Positions 38,230-52,795 are shown, numbered from the stretch's first letter. The stretch: DNA of 64,000 bases from Octopus sinensis (GCF_006345805.1 NC_043004.1:22382001-22446000); one strand, 5' to 3'. Notes: generated from the sequence alone by a model not told the origin. Translations and numbers: made by a program.

Positions 38230-38630
38230 ATAATACTGGTGGACTATTTCCCACGTGATGGAAATAATGGATCGCTCACGACAACATTACAGAGAATAGA
38301 GATTCAGCTGATTAAGTCGAGCCCAATAATCAAGCCCCATGAAGCCATTTATTATTTTAGTGATTGATCTTTGTGGCGCTTCGATTCTCGTTATGTTTTG
38401 TTTCTTGTAAGGGGACCAAAATGGGCAGCGGATGTGGAGAAAAGAAGGATGATGTTTTCGTGATCCTAGATTGAAAAGGTCTGAGGATGTTGTATATATA
38501 TATATGTTCCTTTCTGTGGAAGAGCGTAGGCTCGAAACGTTAAAAACATTTCAATCCCACAGCGTTAAACTAATACATCTATTTGTTTTCTACACCACCT
38601 GTCTTCATTTTTGTTCTTTTCATGAATTCC

Positions 38631-38640
<10 letters not shown>
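38230..38640 (+). mobile_element. PLE-derived 3' end element with hammerhead-like motif
   Basis: Tail translation TLQRIEIQLIKSSPIIKPH resembles the GIY-YIG C-terminal E...I....P.IN motif. An HHR-like motif and a pyrimidine-rich tract follow. Confidence 0.5.
38511..38545 (+). ncRNA. Minimal hammerhead-like motif with mutated core
   Basis: UUU / CUGUGGA / A / GAGC-GUAG-GCUC / GAAAC GUU / AAA. Core position 6 is U rather than A. Confidence 0.55.
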
Positions 38641-38694
<54 letters not shown>

Positions 38695-39169
38695 AAGGGA
38701 TTTTTGGGACGAAGAACCACACATTTTGACATTTAAGGAACAAGTGTACTTTGCGTATATAGTATTAATAATGTTTACGTTATATCGTAACTTCTATAGC
38801 ATAATTTGTATCTAATCTACTCAAGCATCACCACTACAAAGCAACAATTTGTGCAAGAAGTTTATAGATTACCTGTATATATTCCACTCTAGCGAATTCG
38901 ATTTCGTTTCGGAGGTGGCACGATTACACAACATTGATAAGCCACCTCCACGGTGAAATAAGTATTCGCCGCTCATGTGATTACTTTTGGGTTGATTTTG
39001 ATTACCCTTCTATCTGAAGTTTAACGACGTTTCTAAGACTATACGTATATATAGAAGTTATTTTTCACGGACGAAAACATACTACCTTGTGACTATTAAA
39101 CGGCAAATGTAGGTTAAGCATTTGACATTGTTAACGTGCACACTTTAGAGTTACTCCTAATACATAGAC

Positions 39170-39243
<74 letters not shown>

Positions 39244-40434
39244 TGTGCGTGCGTGTGTGTGTGTGTGTGTGTGTGTGCGTATGTGTGTATGCGTGTGTGT
39301 GTACGCGCGTATTCCTATATGCATGTATGTACTTATATATCATATATATATATTTATATATTTATCATGTGTATTACATATATATGTACATATATAAATG
39401 TAAATGTACACACACACACACATACAAACATATATATCACATGATCAGTTACAGGTGGCAAGCCGGAATGTTTATAGATATTCATTTAGTACTAAAGCTC
39501 TGTTGTAGTTTGTAATTACACACGATTTCTGTGTACTTCACATCTTCAGATCTTCCATAATTCAATTCGTGCTTCTATAAAGTATATTATCTGACATTGT
39601 TTCTCAACAATTTGGAATATAATTGTTATGATTGTACGAACCGGGAATTTATTATGATGCATCACCTATTTTATTATTATCATCTGCTGAATATTCTCAG
39701 ACATAGGAATCGAAATATCAGTTGCTACATTCTGTTAGCTCTGTTATCTTCATTATCTTCGTATTTTGATCTATATCAAAATCAACACATTATTTATTGC
39801 TTTCACGTAAATGATAAATGAAACTGAAAACTGATGTACGACAGTGCCATTCTATAATATACGCAGACGAGCTGTAGATGAATTAACTACTTAATAAAAT
39901 TAGAGATGTTTCTCTGACGAATCTGTCTTTGCACATGCAGTTTTTTAATGTAGGAAACAAGTTCCGTAAACAACAAAGCGAGTTAAATAGCTGTAGATTG
40001 ATAGATAATAGATAGAAGGAATGAGGGAAATGCGTGTCTCATTAAACAAGCACAATCAATATAGACATCCAAGACACAGATGAAAATGCAAGCGACTGAG
40101 TTTTGCTAAAATGAAAAGAAGTGGCTACGTCTCTGATTTGTGATTGGGAACATATTGATATACAAAGCGGAGTTTAATATCAGTTCGCAAGTAGAGTCGT
40201 GAAAATAAATTCGTGGAAGAAGCGACTAAAACGGAGCTCATATAATCTTGATGGTTCATACATCTGATGGTACGGGGAGATATTGCGTCTGCAAATACTT
40301 TGCAAATATGGGGGAGGTCGGTGATTGTGGATGGGTGCATGTGTTAGCGTGTGTGGATGCGTGCGTAGCTGTGTTTATGTGCGCGCGCGCACGTGTGTCT
40401 ATGTGTGTGTGTGTATGATGACATGTATATAGTC

Positions 40435-40466
<32 letters not shown>

Positions 40467-40647
40467 TTGAAACTATATCTTATGTTCCACGAGTTAACTT
40501 GGGATTCCTTAAAAGTAATGTAACCTTCATATTATTAAGGTAATTCCGGCCTAATGAGTAGCTAGCTGAGTAAGCCACGTTGAGTAATTATTACAGCTGA
40601 GGTTCTGCTAACTGGGAAACATATGCATCCTGAATTTTATATATATA

Positions 40648-40706
<59 letters not shown>

Positions 40707-40860
40707 CATACATACATACATATTACGGAGATGTACTTGCATGGCAACTACCTGATCAGAGATCGTGTGATGGAACGAAAACAATTGCAGCGTGGAAGGT
40801 GTTCATAAGCTATTTAAAACCCGCAAAAACCGCTAGATTCACTTCAACATTTAAATTTAA

Positions 40861-40911
40861 TTTGCCAAAATATTTTCATCGCTCTGAGACCGCGACCTGT
40901 TCACTGACAAA
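40861..40911 (-). ncRNA. Mirror copy of the G3:C8 hammerhead-like motif
   Basis: Minus strand: UUUGUCA / GUGAACA / G / GUCGC..GCGAU / GAAA / AUAUUU / UGGCAAA. Confidence 0.65.
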
Positions 40912-40932
40912 ATTATGCGCAGCATCCGGAAT

Positions 40933-40983
40933 TTTGTCAGTGAACAGGTCGTGGTCTCGAAGCGACGAAAATATTTTGGCAAA
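40933..40983 (+). ncRNA. Minimal type I hammerhead-like motif with G3:C8 core variant
   Basis: UUUGUCA / GUGAACA / G / GUCGU..GCGAC / GAAA / AUAUUU / UGGCAAA. Confidence 0.65.
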
Positions 40984-41080
40984 TCAAATTTAAATGTTGA
41001 AGTGAACCTAACGGTTTTTGTGTTTCTTAAATGGTTTATAAACACCTTCCACACTGCAATTGTTATATATATATATATAT

Positions 41081-41115
<35 letters not shown>

Positions 41116-41511
41116 TTGACTGTATTCGCGCGTGCACAATTTTACACAAACAAACACACACACACACACACAATCATGTCCGTACTTTTAACCAAAATCT
41201 ATTCAATTGACATTGAATGATGCATTGTATGGCCTCACGCGCCATGGAAATTTTTTGACGTCTGAATTTTAGACAGATCATGTATTTTAACAGATCACCT
41301 TCTTTATATCATAATTAATTATATTTACGCTGCAAGATACACTTGTCGGCATCGAAAGAAAAAATCTTTAGCTTTCAAATTATTTTAATGATGGAACACA
41401 AAGTAATTGATAACATATTTAGTGAAAATATTTACTGATTCGTAGTTTGTTCTCGGCATTTCATCAATTATATGCATCTCTTTCTCTCCACAGGTTTGCC
41501 ACATATAATAT

Positions 41512-41577
41512 CTCTTTCACACCTATTTTATACAAAATGTATACAAAATGTATACAAAACTCTTTCACACCTATTTT
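41512..41577. repeat. Local duplication: 18-bp direct repeat around about three tatacaaaatg units
   Basis: ctctttcacacctatttt at 41512 and 41560, with tandem 11-bp units between. Confidence 0.8.
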
Positions 41578-41583
41578 ATCTGA

Positions 41584-41630
<47 letters not shown>

Positions 41631-41989
41631 CATATATATATATTTATAGTAATGGTAAGACAACAAAAGAATGAAAGGGACCTCGACATTATGTAAATAG
41701 AGGAATTTATCTGTAATATATGTGACAATTATTCGCTTGTCATATATTTTATTACAGGTATATATATGTATGTATGTATATGTGTGTATGTATACGTATG
41801 TCTATATATATATATATATATATATTTGGTCCCCGTGGTCCCAGTCTTGGATGAACCTTGAAGCTAATGTTAAGGTCGTTTGGGCAAAGTTGGCGGTATA
41901 TTCTCCACATCGTACAAATGATGTACCACTCACGGCGACGCTGGAGAGAGAAGAGTTTCAGGGCTTTAAGACGATCCCAATAATCGAGA

Positions 41990-42103
41990 GCAGCCATGTC
42001 TTCAATTCGTTTAGTGAGTGCCCTCTGGGGTATATATATATATATACATATATATACATATATATATATATATACATATATATATACACATATATATATA
42101 TAC

Positions 42104-42173
<70 letters not shown>

Positions 42174-42235
42174 GTATATACGTATATATATATAAATATA
42201 TGTATATTTATCCGTGTGTGTGTGTGTGTGTCTTA
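41990..42235. repeat. Long (AT)n/(ATAC)/(GT)n compound microsatellite
   Basis: Directly visible (starts ~42030). Confidence 0.9.
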
Positions 42236-42736
42236 TGTATGCATGTGTGCATATATAGTATGTGTTTAGGATTCTTTAAAATATATAGCTATACAGAAGC
42301 AGATGAATAAATGTATAAAAGAATGATATTTATATATCAGAAAATGTCATTTATATCCACAATGTTCTCTTTCTAAATTAAGGTGAATAAAAACGGAGTA
42401 AAAACGTACTTACATTATTGCCCTTTTCAATCAACTTTTTCGAACTCCATCAAATACTGCATCAAATAACAATTTGCAGTCACCTAATTAGAAAGTAATA
42501 GTTTCTAAGTATATTTTTGTTCTCCTAAAATTTGCAGAACGTACATTTAATCTATTATTATGTTTAATAGCTTCAAAATATCTTACATGTAGCAAGGTTT
42601 AAAAGATGCTCAACATTTTTTCTAAATATAATTGCACATACATTGTCTCTCTTTCTCTTTTTCCCTCTCCTTCTCTCTCTTTCTCACTCTCTCTCTCACA
42701 TACACACACGTGCGCACAAACATATACATAGATATA

Positions 42737-43109
42737 CTCTTTCTCTTTTACTCTTTTACTTGTTTCAGTCATTTGACTGCGGCCATGCTGGAGCACCGCC
42801 TTTAGTCGAGCAACTCAACCCCGGGACTTATTCTTTGTAAGCTCAGTACTTATTCTATCGGTCTCTTTTGCCGAACCGGTATGTAACGGACATAAACACA
42901 CCAGCATCGGTTGTCAAGCAATGCTAGGGGGACAAACACAGACACACAAACATATATATATATATATATATCCGACTGGCTTCTTTCAGTTTCCGTCTAC
43001 CAAATCCACTCACAAGGCTTTGGTTGGTTCGAGGCTATAGCCACGCAGTGGGACTGAACCCGGAACCATGTGGTTGGTAAACAAGCTACTTACCACACAG
43101 CCACTCCTG
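42737..43109 (-). mobile_element. tRNA-derived SINE family A, near full length
   Basis: Minus strand 'caggagtggctgtgtggtaagtagcttg...ggttccgggttcagtcccactgcg' (A/B boxes) through the tail 'cagtcaaatgactgaaacaagtaaaagag'. Confidence 0.9.
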
Positions 43110-44057
43110 ATATATATTTATTTTGGCACTGCCTTTATGTACACTCTAGTTTCACGTAGTTTACCACTTTATGGAAATATGGTGCACGATTTGCGATTCG
43201 ACGGAGTCGTATGACGCATAACCAATATGACGAATTAATTCAAAAACACCTTTTACTTGACTGTTCAGCGTGCACTTTAAATAAATGATGACATATATAA
43301 ACAACGTACAGTAGACTGATATATGTTTTTGCAATTTATCATGATAAAGTGAACATATTAGTTTCAATTTCATACAATTCTGCTATGAGTACATTTTCAC
43401 CAGAATATTCAATTTTTCCCTTTAGAAATGATAACAAGAGTCTGTCTTTATTTGGCATTCGACAATAATTGACAAGATAGATTACTATTTAACGCCACTT
43501 GTTATCGTTGACATAAACGATATTGTAAGGATTTTGAAGATTATTTTGTTACTGCTTTTAGAGATATAGATGCATCTTTAGCAAAATTGAAACAATATTA
43601 CTTTTTTAGAGAAGATTGATGAAATATCACATTTCAAATTCATATTGCAATGCAAAATACTGTTTTATCTAAATACTTAAACACGATACAGAGAATAAGA
43701 GAACGGACAAAATAATTCCAGGAATATGAAGCATTATATATTTCTATGGTATCCGCACGAGAGTAGAATAAGTTTTTTGCATTAAATCTTAAAATCTGAG
43801 TATAACTCTCAATGAACACAGACGTTTATAGAAGATCTTTCTATGATATTATAATTTTTTTTATTCTTTCTATTAACAAGTTTTACTGTCAGTCAAAAAC
43901 ATAGTCTTCCAAGAATCATTAAAATTCTACATTGACTTTAACTACTTTGTTTAACATTTCCTGGCATGAAGTGTATATATCATGCAGATATACTTTCATA
44001 TATATATATATGTATATATATAGGCAAGGAAAAATTATAAGGCAGAATGCTAAATTG

Positions 44058-44133
<76 letters not shown>

Positions 44134-44214
44134 TGTGTGTGTGTGATTATATGCATACATATAAATATATATGACGTATAGATTATACATATGCATGCAC
44201 ACATGCACACATAT

Positions 44215-44428
44215 AGCTGTAGAAATGAGTTGCGACGTCATGGGTGCCAAACTGTATCGACCTTTGTCTTTCCCTTGGATAACACTGGTGGCGTGGAGAG
44301 GGGAGGCTGGTATGCATGGGCGACTGCTGGCCTTCCATAAACAACCTTGCCCGGACTTGTGTCTAAGAGGGTAACTTTCTAGGTGCAATCCCATGGTCAT
44401 TCATGACCGAAGGGGGTCTTTACTTTAC
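44215..44428 (+). mobile_element. SINE family C, 3' part
   Basis: Homologous to 9101-9278 and 57186-57510. Confidence 0.85.
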
Positions 44429-45592
44429 TTTATATTAAAGATAAAAAGAGGAGACGGAGTGTACCAACAGAAAATATATATTATCACAACAATTGTTTCA
44501 TCTTCAAGATGCACTGCTCTCTTGTGGAACGATGCAATAACACCAGATGCAACTTACAGTGCATAGAAAACGCATCAGGTGGGACAATAAGGCTTTAAGC
44601 AGGGAAATTTACGCTTGAGTTTAGCTATATTAAGAGATTTTAACCGTTAGACGCGAAAATTCTAAGGTTTAAATCAATGCAAAAACGTATAGACGCACAG
44701 ATTAATAATTATATTCTTGCGCACATGCCAGTACGCACCACCGCATTTATGTATTTCAGTCAATCACACACGGCCACTGCAGACGTATACATCTTTAGGG
44801 CACAAAGATTCACCCACCCCGACACATACATAGATCACATCAACACTGCCTCCATGGAGCACACGCACTCACACAGATACAGCCACAGACACAATCGCAC
44901 AAGCACACTAACAACCACACGTAATGCTCACAGATCACACACGCGCGCGCGTGCCCCTATTACACCCACACCACCGGACATACAAATCTAAATGTACATC
45001 AACACCCATAGTCTCACATGTCTGCAGGAAAGAACACTTATACACTCACATAATTATACACACACACACGTTCATACACAGATATACGTATGTACACATC
45101 AGGACACATCAGAGACTTCCACTTAGCACTGATATACACGCTAAGGCATAGAGAAAGACGTCAACTCACAAGACTACTCAGACAAACATGCTGGCACATA
45201 ACAATAAACAGCATATAGGCAAAATCCCACACATCTGTCCATGGACTCATAGAAATGTATAGATTGATAGCAAGATGTTCACTGTTCAATGTGGATTATG
45301 GCAGCTCGGTGCTGTGTTTACAGGGTGGAAATATTTGAACGTCGCTTTCATGGCACATAACGTGTAAACCCTTCAGTTAATTTATTTATGACTTTTTCTT
45401 TAGTAAGATTGATAGGGATTCTTCGGAGCACAACCCACAGGTCCTAGTTGTGTGTTGTAGGGCTTTGCATATTTTATAAATGACCGTGAAATCTCATATT
45501 TAGTCCTGTCGGTTTTCAATTGCTATAGAAAATCTGCCAGTGATGTCACGTATTTTCGTAAGCTTAATTTTGTAACCTTATACATATACATG

Positions 45593-45617
45593 GATGGATA
45601 GATAGGTATAGATATAA

Positions 45618-45671
<54 letters not shown>

Positions 45672-45672
45672 G
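45593..45672. repeat. (GATA)n microsatellite
   Basis: Directly visible. Confidence 0.95.
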
Positions 45673-46881
45673 TATATATTCATGTATATGCCTGTATTTC
45701 TATAGATGTGCATATAGATAAAAATCAGTATGCATATATATCATATATGAGTGTATGTGTGCGGGACATTAGGAGCAAAGATTTAGAAAAGATATGTTGA
45801 AACAAGCATATAGGACTTTTTTTTCATAAAATGTTGAGATATCCAGAAATCTTTTTCTTACTATTTGTATGTGTTTCCATAGTTACTTTCATTAATTTTA
45901 TTGACATACATTTTTGTGTAGGGATGGATTTTATTCTGAAACCGGAAACCTGGCGCAAGTACTTTTAAGACAGTGAACTGAAGAAATAGAAGCGAGTATA
46001 CTAGTAGGGTTGTTTACCCGAGCCAGAATAGATTAAATTTTCACCCCCAAAAATCAAGGCACCAGCATTCGTTAGAAATACAGTGAATTTTCTCTGGATT
46101 GCCGTTTTAGTGTAACGACCCTGGATTACAGTTTTATTGTAATGACCCAACGGGCTACGGGCCAAAGTTGAGGTCGAGGGATTTAATCTCAAAGAACAGA
46201 GGACCGCAACAGTTACTACATGGCATTTTACTCTACGAATGAACGTCACGGTGAATTTGCATCCTAATGCCAATTTTAAGGTATCTGTGGAATAGCCCAA
46301 TATTATTGAAAGGAAACAATATTACGAGAAGTGATTTCTCAAACGTTCATCTGTTGTACCATAGAAATGTCTTCAATTATACTTCTACAGAGCTAAGTTC
46401 CATTTCAGAGGAATAGACAGATACAGTTAATAACTGGTGATAAGCACCTTCTCTCTTATAATTCCTGGCTCACAAAATTTATCATTTTCGTATTGTTAAT
46501 ATAGTATTCATTACAATGTATTAGATTACTTCTTTTTTTCTTCTTTGAGATAGTACATCATTAATTATTTCTACCCCGAATGAAGACGGATATTATATAA
46601 GCCATGCTGACAAATGGAAAACAGAAGAGAAATGGTGTGTCACATGAGTGAGATAAATATACAGTATTGAAAAGATAAAGGGAAAGCTAATCAATTAATG
46701 CAAATGAGTATTTGTGAACATGTATTTACTTATATGTATTTTAATATATATGTCTGAGTGCGTGCACGCATGAATAAACATTCTGTATGTAGTTATATAT
46801 ATATATAGATACTTACGTACATGCACATAAACGCATACATGTATAATTCAATTTGGTTGTATATTATAGAGATTTCCCTTA

Positions 46882-46920
46882 TATTTATGTATGTATGTGT
46901 GTATGTATGTATATATGTGA

Positions 46921-46951
<31 letters not shown>

Positions 46952-47287
46952 TATATATGTATGTAAATATATATATGTATGTGTGTATATATATATATGT
47001 ATGTGTGTATGTATATATGTATGTGTATGTATATATGTATGTATATATGTATGTATGAATATATATATAAATATATATATGTATGTGTGTATGTATATAT
47101 ATATGTGTGTGTATGTATATATATATATATATATATATGTGTGTATGTATATATATATATGTATGTATGTATGTATATATATATATATATATATGTATGT
47201 ATATATATATATATGTATGTGTGTGTATGTATGTATATATATGTATGCATGTGTGTATGTATGTATATATATATGTATGCATGTGTG

Positions 47288-47320
<33 letters not shown>

Positions 47321-47460
47321 GTGTATCTATGTATATATATGTGTGTATGTGTGTATGTATGTATATGTATGTATATATATGTGCGTGTGTGTGTATAAAT
47401 AAAGGTAGAGGGAAATACATATATGCATAAGTATATACATACATATATACATACATACAC
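46882..47460. repeat. ~580-bp degenerate (AT)/(GT)/(ATGT) microsatellite
   Basis: Directly visible. Source of ORFs 46821-47571. Confidence 0.95.
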
Positions 47461-48456
47461 GCTCACACGCACCCCCTCATATATATATACATTTATACAG
47501 TTACAAATGTAATATTGGCAACATGACTTATTTTGCGAAAATATAAAAACTCTCCATTTCCAGGAGACCAATTTGCTTAACGCAAAGTGACAGAAGTTTG
47601 GGATACAGGCAGAAAGGAATGAAGTAATATGTAACGGTTGGAGCTATTCTTATTACACTGATAGACATTCTGGCAAATGTTGCAGAGAAAATGACCACAA
47701 AGGATTTATCTATTAGTGCAGTATATGATTCTACGTTGGCCCTTTATTACAGTAGGACAATTCGAATCTGGAGCCGCCAAGATTTTATACACTTTTATAA
47801 CCGCCATGATATTAAACGTATTTCCTATATTGTTTAATTCTGCATGTCATAAATAATATTTGACTATCCAAACGAGAAAAATTAGGAATATATTTAGAAG
47901 CAATTCATATTTAATCTTCAATGTTATGAATATGCGGAATATTTCTGGCGAGAGAACAAAAAATCATAATTATTTTCAATTCTTGATTCTTCTCGTAGGG
48001 ACATTTCCAGAGAATGAACACACACCTATTATAGACGTGCTTGATTTTATTTCGTAGACTTCATTACTGTTCCATATATGGAAAAAGAGGAGAATAAGGA
48101 AAATAAAGCGTCCAAAGAGTATTTGTCGATTTACAGTTGAGTCATTTCACAATTTTCTGATTTGTAAATCTATGTAGTCAGTAATTTAGCATTGATTAGA
48201 TATTATGAAGCTAATGTTGTTGAAAAGCCTATTAAGGAGGCATTGGTACGTTACCAGCAATAAACAGTTATTACAAATATTGCATTAACAACTGCTAAAC
48301 ACATGCTGATTAATAATTAGGGAGCGTAAAATTATAGTGACAATATTATTGTTGATTAATATGGCGAAATTTCTTTTCATCCATTGATTTTACTCCCTCG
48401 AAAGAAATCAATAATTCAATTTCAATATCACTGTGCTACAAACAGCCTGTGTACGT

Positions 48457-48458
<2 letters not shown>

Positions 48459-48516
<58 letters not shown>
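48459..48516. repeat. (GT)n microsatellite
   Basis: Directly visible. Confidence 0.97.
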
Positions 48517-48518
<2 letters not shown>

Positions 48519-50030
48519 GTGAGTCTAAGTTTATGCGCATAAATTATCTATTCAGAAAGAAAGTTTTAATCCTTGCCACACTAAATAACTGAATCAGCTG
48601 CAGTCCAGTGACTAGAAGCATGCATATATGAAGTTCATACATAGGCACACGCGCACCCACACTCATACACGCACACACACACACACACACTAACACACAT
48701 ATACACATTAATATTTTCATAAACCAGTATATGTTTGTATGTATATATAAATATATGTACACATATAACACAAACACATACATATACTCATTCCTGAATC
48801 CATATTGAAATATTCCTCTCTGATGTAATATTTGAATGAAGTAAGTATGTTTGATCTAAAATGGTAGCTAAATACTCGTCTAGTGGTTTTGTTAAATGGT
48901 AAGAGGGTTATGATACGCAATTCATAAATGGTTGCTAGGAAGTTGAAAGAGTTCCTTTGATAAGGGAATATTCACCAGATTCGAATTAATTCATTCATTG
49001 ACATGGGAACATTCGAATATGTACCACTTCAAGCGTAACAGAAATATTCTACATTAGCCATTAGTAATTGTAAATGCATATATGATGATCTAGATATTTC
49101 TTCACCTTTATGGAAGTAAAATCAATAATGCATTTGAGTATGTGTGCGATGTGAACCGCAAATGTGTGACGTGTTTATTGCTAAGTTACCAGTGAAATAA
49201 CAAAAACCTCAGTGGCATGCCAAACTAGATTGTCGTGGTAGAAGGTGTAGGATTGCAAAGCATCATGTTCATTAACACAGATCACTTATCGGCATTTACG
49301 CACATACATAATGGGTCAAACGGCAATAATATAAATGCAACAACAGAACCACTAATTAGTTGCTACACCTGCTTGAAAAAATAACTAAATTTCCCTCAAA
49401 TGGTAAGTTAATCATCATGACATACCTTATTCAGCAAACACCAAAGTGACAATATTCTCCCAACACCATTCTGGCCGTGTAGCGCTACCGATTCAAAGAG
49501 AGTAGAAAGAGAGCAACTATAACACTAGTTTAATGATAGGTTGTTTTATCGATCATGATCAAAGTTTAATCTCGGCGAGTTTTATACTTAGAACGGAATG
49601 AACTTGAACAATTCCAGCAGAATATTTGTCCTACACTAACGATTCTTATAATTGTCTGTCTTTATATTCTATTATTTGTAGAAAAATCATTTTTTCTCAA
49701 ACTTGGACGAGAGCGAATCTCTAGATATTTATTCAGCCAGATACATATGAAAAGGTACCGTCTGGAAAATGTGGTCGCATTAAAAAATTGTATTCCACTG
49801 CTTCTTGATTATAGGAAAGAAATCGTATGACCATAGCTGGGATACTCTGGTGCGAAGGCCTGCTCGATTAGGGTTGACATAAGATTATTCAAGAAAAGCA
49901 ATTACTCGATCTTTAAATAATTTCAAAATGCGATATCTCGATAATGCTGTTATATAGAGAGCCGTAACTAAATTCTGTAAGGAACTTCTTCCACTGTTTT
50001 AACGATTCTTCCACTTCACTATTGTATAGA

Positions 50031-50034
<4 letters not shown>

Positions 50035-50122
<88 letters not shown>
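50035..50122. repeat. (CT)n-(AT)n microsatellite
   Basis: Directly visible. Confidence 0.97.
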
Positions 50123-50123
<1 letters not shown>

Positions 50124-50279
50124 TATCAATGAGATGAGAAATAGATTTAAAATTTATGAAGATTAAGTTGTTACTGTTGTGTAATCGTATGTTAGTCTTA
50201 ATTGAGCAAATTTTCAATGAAGGTTGTTCCTGTCACGACCATGTCGTACATCATTAAGACGTGGCGCGGCTATAAGAAT

Positions 50280-50560
50280 ATCATCAGTAGAGTCAAGAGA
50301 AAGTATCCAAGGGACGCTTGTATATATTAAATAATAGGTAAATCTCACATATCTGATACACTAAGGTAAAAACTTCAATTAATTGAGTTTATCAATGTAA
50401 CTGACAAAATCTTGGTATTATCACATTTAACATCTTAAGAGACAATGTGTTTGCACCAGACAGCGACACGCATGTTCTTCATTGTTGCTCCTATGTAAAT
50501 ATTCTCAGGATTGTTAAAATGGTGCAATTGTTTCACCCTCAAAGCTTCAGTCTGTCTCCA
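50280..50560 (-). mobile_element. Possible decayed PLE GIY-YIG tail
   Basis: Minus-strand ENIYIGATMKNMR...KHI...DNTKILS, followed by a lone CTGATGA at 50281-50287. Weak. Confidence 0.3.
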
Positions 50561-51587
50561 TTACAAAAGTATATATCGTATTAAACAATTCTGCGTCGCT
50601 CTCTCCCCTTCTCTCGCTATCGCAATCTCGCTCGTGCAGTCTCGCCCGCCCTACTTTCTCTCTCTATTACAACTTATTTTCATTTAACGTGCAACCAAAT
50701 ATATTATATGAAAAGCGACTACACTGAAATAAAGTTCTAAAAAATATTTACTTCTTAGTTAACGATTTAATTTTTTATTGACTGTCAATATTTGTTGCCG
50801 GAAAACATTAAAGAAGGTTATTATTTAGAGCAATCATTGAGACGGTTGCAAAGAAAAACGATGAATATTTGCATTGGTCGTGTAAATTCAGTATTGACAA
50901 GTATGGTTTATTAAAATGTGTGATGCAATAGCTGAAGGTTATAGTGAACAAAATAATGAAATGTTGATGACCTTTGATCTTTTTTTAAAGAAAATACTGA
51001 AATGAATGAAACTGTTACAAACAGAAATCAATAACTGACGGAAAACATTAAATCCACTTGCTTTCTCTTATCTTTTCCCATCAATACAAACAAACACACT
51101 CACACAAACACATATACATTACTCATTGTTTCTGTTTTTCCCATTCCACAATTTCTTGTCGGAGACCGCTCAAAGCGGTTCTTATTTCAATAAGGAGAAA
51201 TACTGCATAAGGAGTAGGATTTTTTCCCACGTATGAAAACAGTTATACCATAATGGAAGAAATTGTTAGGGACAGACTGTATGTCGTACAATACGAAACG
51301 GCGTGTATGTGTATGTATGCAAACGTTTTTTGTGTGTGTATGTTTGAATGAGCACGAATTAAAAAATCCCAATGCAAATTATACAGTTTATTACATTTGT
51401 TTGAATCCAAAGGTGAGCTGCATCGCGATTCTGAGTTTCCCTTTTAGCACAGTGAAAGTAGAAACGGGAAATTAAAGGTAGCGACACATCGAAGACACAA
51501 TATCGATTAAACGAACACTCACTTAAATAAGCTTTCTCTCTCTCCCTTTCTGTCTACTTCTGTTTACACACACACACACACACACAT

Positions 51588-51620
<33 letters not shown>

Positions 51621-52097
51621 CACACATTCATATACATAAATACTTATATACACATATGTCTTCATATATACTTATATATATATGCATATTTATATGCATA
51701 TATATGCATAAATATATACATATGTATATATATATATCCTATGCTCACACACATACACACTCTCACATTCACACTCACACTCACACAGATGCACCGGAAT
51801 AAAGGTACACAGTTCATTAACGGTTTTGTTGTACACACGTTCCTTATATATCATGTTTGCAATGATGAGTGTCATTTCCAGGAAATTGAAATTTGTATTA
51901 ATAATGAAAATTTGTTTGACAATGAAATTGATGATAAGAAATGAAATAAAGAATTATATTTATATAGCATTTCTGCAATTTCTGTTGGGTGTTTACATGT
52001 CAAGCAAACATTTGCGATTACTTTGCACAAACGATAGCAAAATGTCGCTTGATATTCGGAAAATCAATTATGAATCAATATATAAATATATATACAT

Positions 52098-52270
52098 AAG
52101 GCGGCAAGCTGGCAGAATCGTTAGCACGCCGAGTGAAACGCTTAGCATTATTTTGCCCGGTTTTACGTTCAGATTTCAATTTCCTCCAGGGTCCACTTGA
52201 TCTTTCATTCCTTTCAATGCCTCTCACAGGAAATTGCTGACCTTGTGTCAAAATTTGAAACTTATTACTA
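52098..52270 (+). mobile_element. SINE family B (internally deleted)
   Basis: Head 'aaggcggcaagctggcagaatcgttagcacgccg' and tail 'ccttgtgtcaaaatttgaaacttatta'. Confidence 0.8.
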
Positions 52271-52757
52271 CATCGACATGTTTGTAAGAATATAGAAGAG
52301 TGTGTGTGCGTGTGTGTGTGTGTGTTTGTTTGTAGATATTCATACTCACGTGTACTATGAATAACCTACAGACAGAGCAGAATATATTTGACTAATTATT
52401 CTATTTATTTTTTCCTTAGCTTAGACTATTTGATATTCTCAGTGAAAAAATTTCACATTCCTTCAGTGATTTCTTTTTATAGATTATTAGTGTAAAGAAA
52501 TCAATTATATAATTGAAAGCGGATCACATAAAACATATGCAGACAAATACGGACAAAAACAAGAAACTTAATTGGTTCAATGAATAGAAAACTAATGTTG
52601 GAATGTTTCTAAAATTTTGCGGTTCGTTTCGCCTGAAATTATGTGAATAGTGACGTCTTTGGTTACGGGTTTCTATTTGTGATAGTAACTTTTACAAAAG
52701 GCTATCTAACTGGATGTGGAGCAAAAATGTATGCATATAGATATATGCATATATATA

Positions 52758-52795
<38 letters not shown>

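Larger units (their letters stand above)
40780..41064. repeat. 285-bp palindrome (135-bp arms, 15-nt spacer)
   Basis: 40780-40914 is the reverse complement of 40930-41064 with about 15 differences by eye. Confidence 0.95.

Noticed and set aside
44677-45240. His/Thr-rich ORFs
   Set aside because: Ancient degenerate CA-rich low-complexity tract.
46001-46300. 99-aa minus-strand ORF in GC-richer DNA
   Set aside because: No motif or splice context recognised. Probably an old repeat relic.
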